Shown here: piece by piece, positions 63,701 to 64,000 of the stretch | Numbering within the stretch: position 1 is the stretch's first letter | Layout: each line of letters begins with the position of its first letter | The notes under the pieces: model-generated | What the model was told of the DNA's origin: nothing | The model's database searches: none | Seen by the model: only the letters and a program-made list of their open reading frames with translations | Origin: Chrysomallon squamiferum | Lineage: Eukaryota; Animalia; Mollusca | Assembly (NCBI GenBank): GCA_012295275.1 | Contig: CM022679.1 | Span: 7,936,001-8,000,000 of the forward strand | Reading direction: 5' to 3' | DNA length: 64,000 bases | Position numbers and translations under genes: made by a program

Positions 63701-63948
63701 TAAAAATGGTGGTAAAGACTATTAAGTATTATATTATTTTTTTTACATATTACCTGATCTTCTTGAGCTCTGACAGTGAGATAGCCTGGGTAATGTTCCG
63801 TTTCAAACGACAGTGGTGTAGGAGGATGAACACAGACATTGTTCTTGCAGTAGATAATCTCTCCATCTAGTGGAGGCGGCCTCAGGGAATCTGAGCTATG
63901 GATTCCGAGAAAATTTGTAGCTTTTTTGAAGATATTGCTAAAAGCCAT
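55433..63948 (-). CDS. TBC1D16: TBC1 domain family member 16 (Rab GAP); 10 coding exons, about 948 aa if the exon 9 frameshift is corrected
   Basis: LDGEIIYCKNNVCVHPP, GQMRSLRLFYSD, AIFFGGLDPSLRHEAWPFLL, EKDVVRTDR (Arg finger), GYTQGMSDL (Gln finger), WAHYQTDYFHLFICVAI, GMWDSGHVP. Exons: 63754-63948 (an in-frame upstream ATG exists at 63972), 60725-62054, 59795-59967, 59173-59340, 58530-58678, 58191-58325, 57512-57698, 56951-57048, 56300-56529, 55433-55615. Confidence 0.92.
62983..63285. repeat. Tandem repeat, unit about 120 bp, about 2.5-3 copies, in TBC1D16 intron 1
   Basis: tttttaata...taaatttggt.aatacc...gaga.aaa recurs at about 62984, 63112 and 63223. Confidence 0.7.
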
Positions 63949-64000
63949 GATGGGTACTGCTGCCAGCTCCATCAAGCCAGAACACTAGTGATGAATCTGG

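Overview
AT-rich, microsatellite-rich animal genomic DNA. The single actin intron at codon 41/42 and the repeat types suggest a mollusc or other lophotrochozoan, but that is inference. Four intron-containing genes can be assembled by hand: (1) the 5' part of a divergent actin (minus, runs off the window start); (2) a complete POLR3A/RPC1 (minus, 37 coding exons, 4176 nt, 1391 aa); (3) a complete SF1/branch-point binding protein (plus, 13 coding exons, about 588 aa), head-to-head with POLR3A with the ATGs about 490 bp apart; (4) TBC1D16 (minus, 10 coding exons) with a +1 frameshift in exon 9. The most notable signals concern splicing. POLR3A has two minor-spliceosome (U12) introns (one AT-AC, one GT-AG) and one GC-AG intron. 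SF1 has a candidate stop-codon-introducing upstream 3' splice site and tandem in-frame acceptors. Also present: three copies of a tRNA-derived SINE, three MITE-like elements, a decayed RNase H-containing LINE, several minisatellites and a probable decayed gene at 7-9.8 kb. Most short ORFs in the supplied track are microsatellite or AT-rich artefacts.
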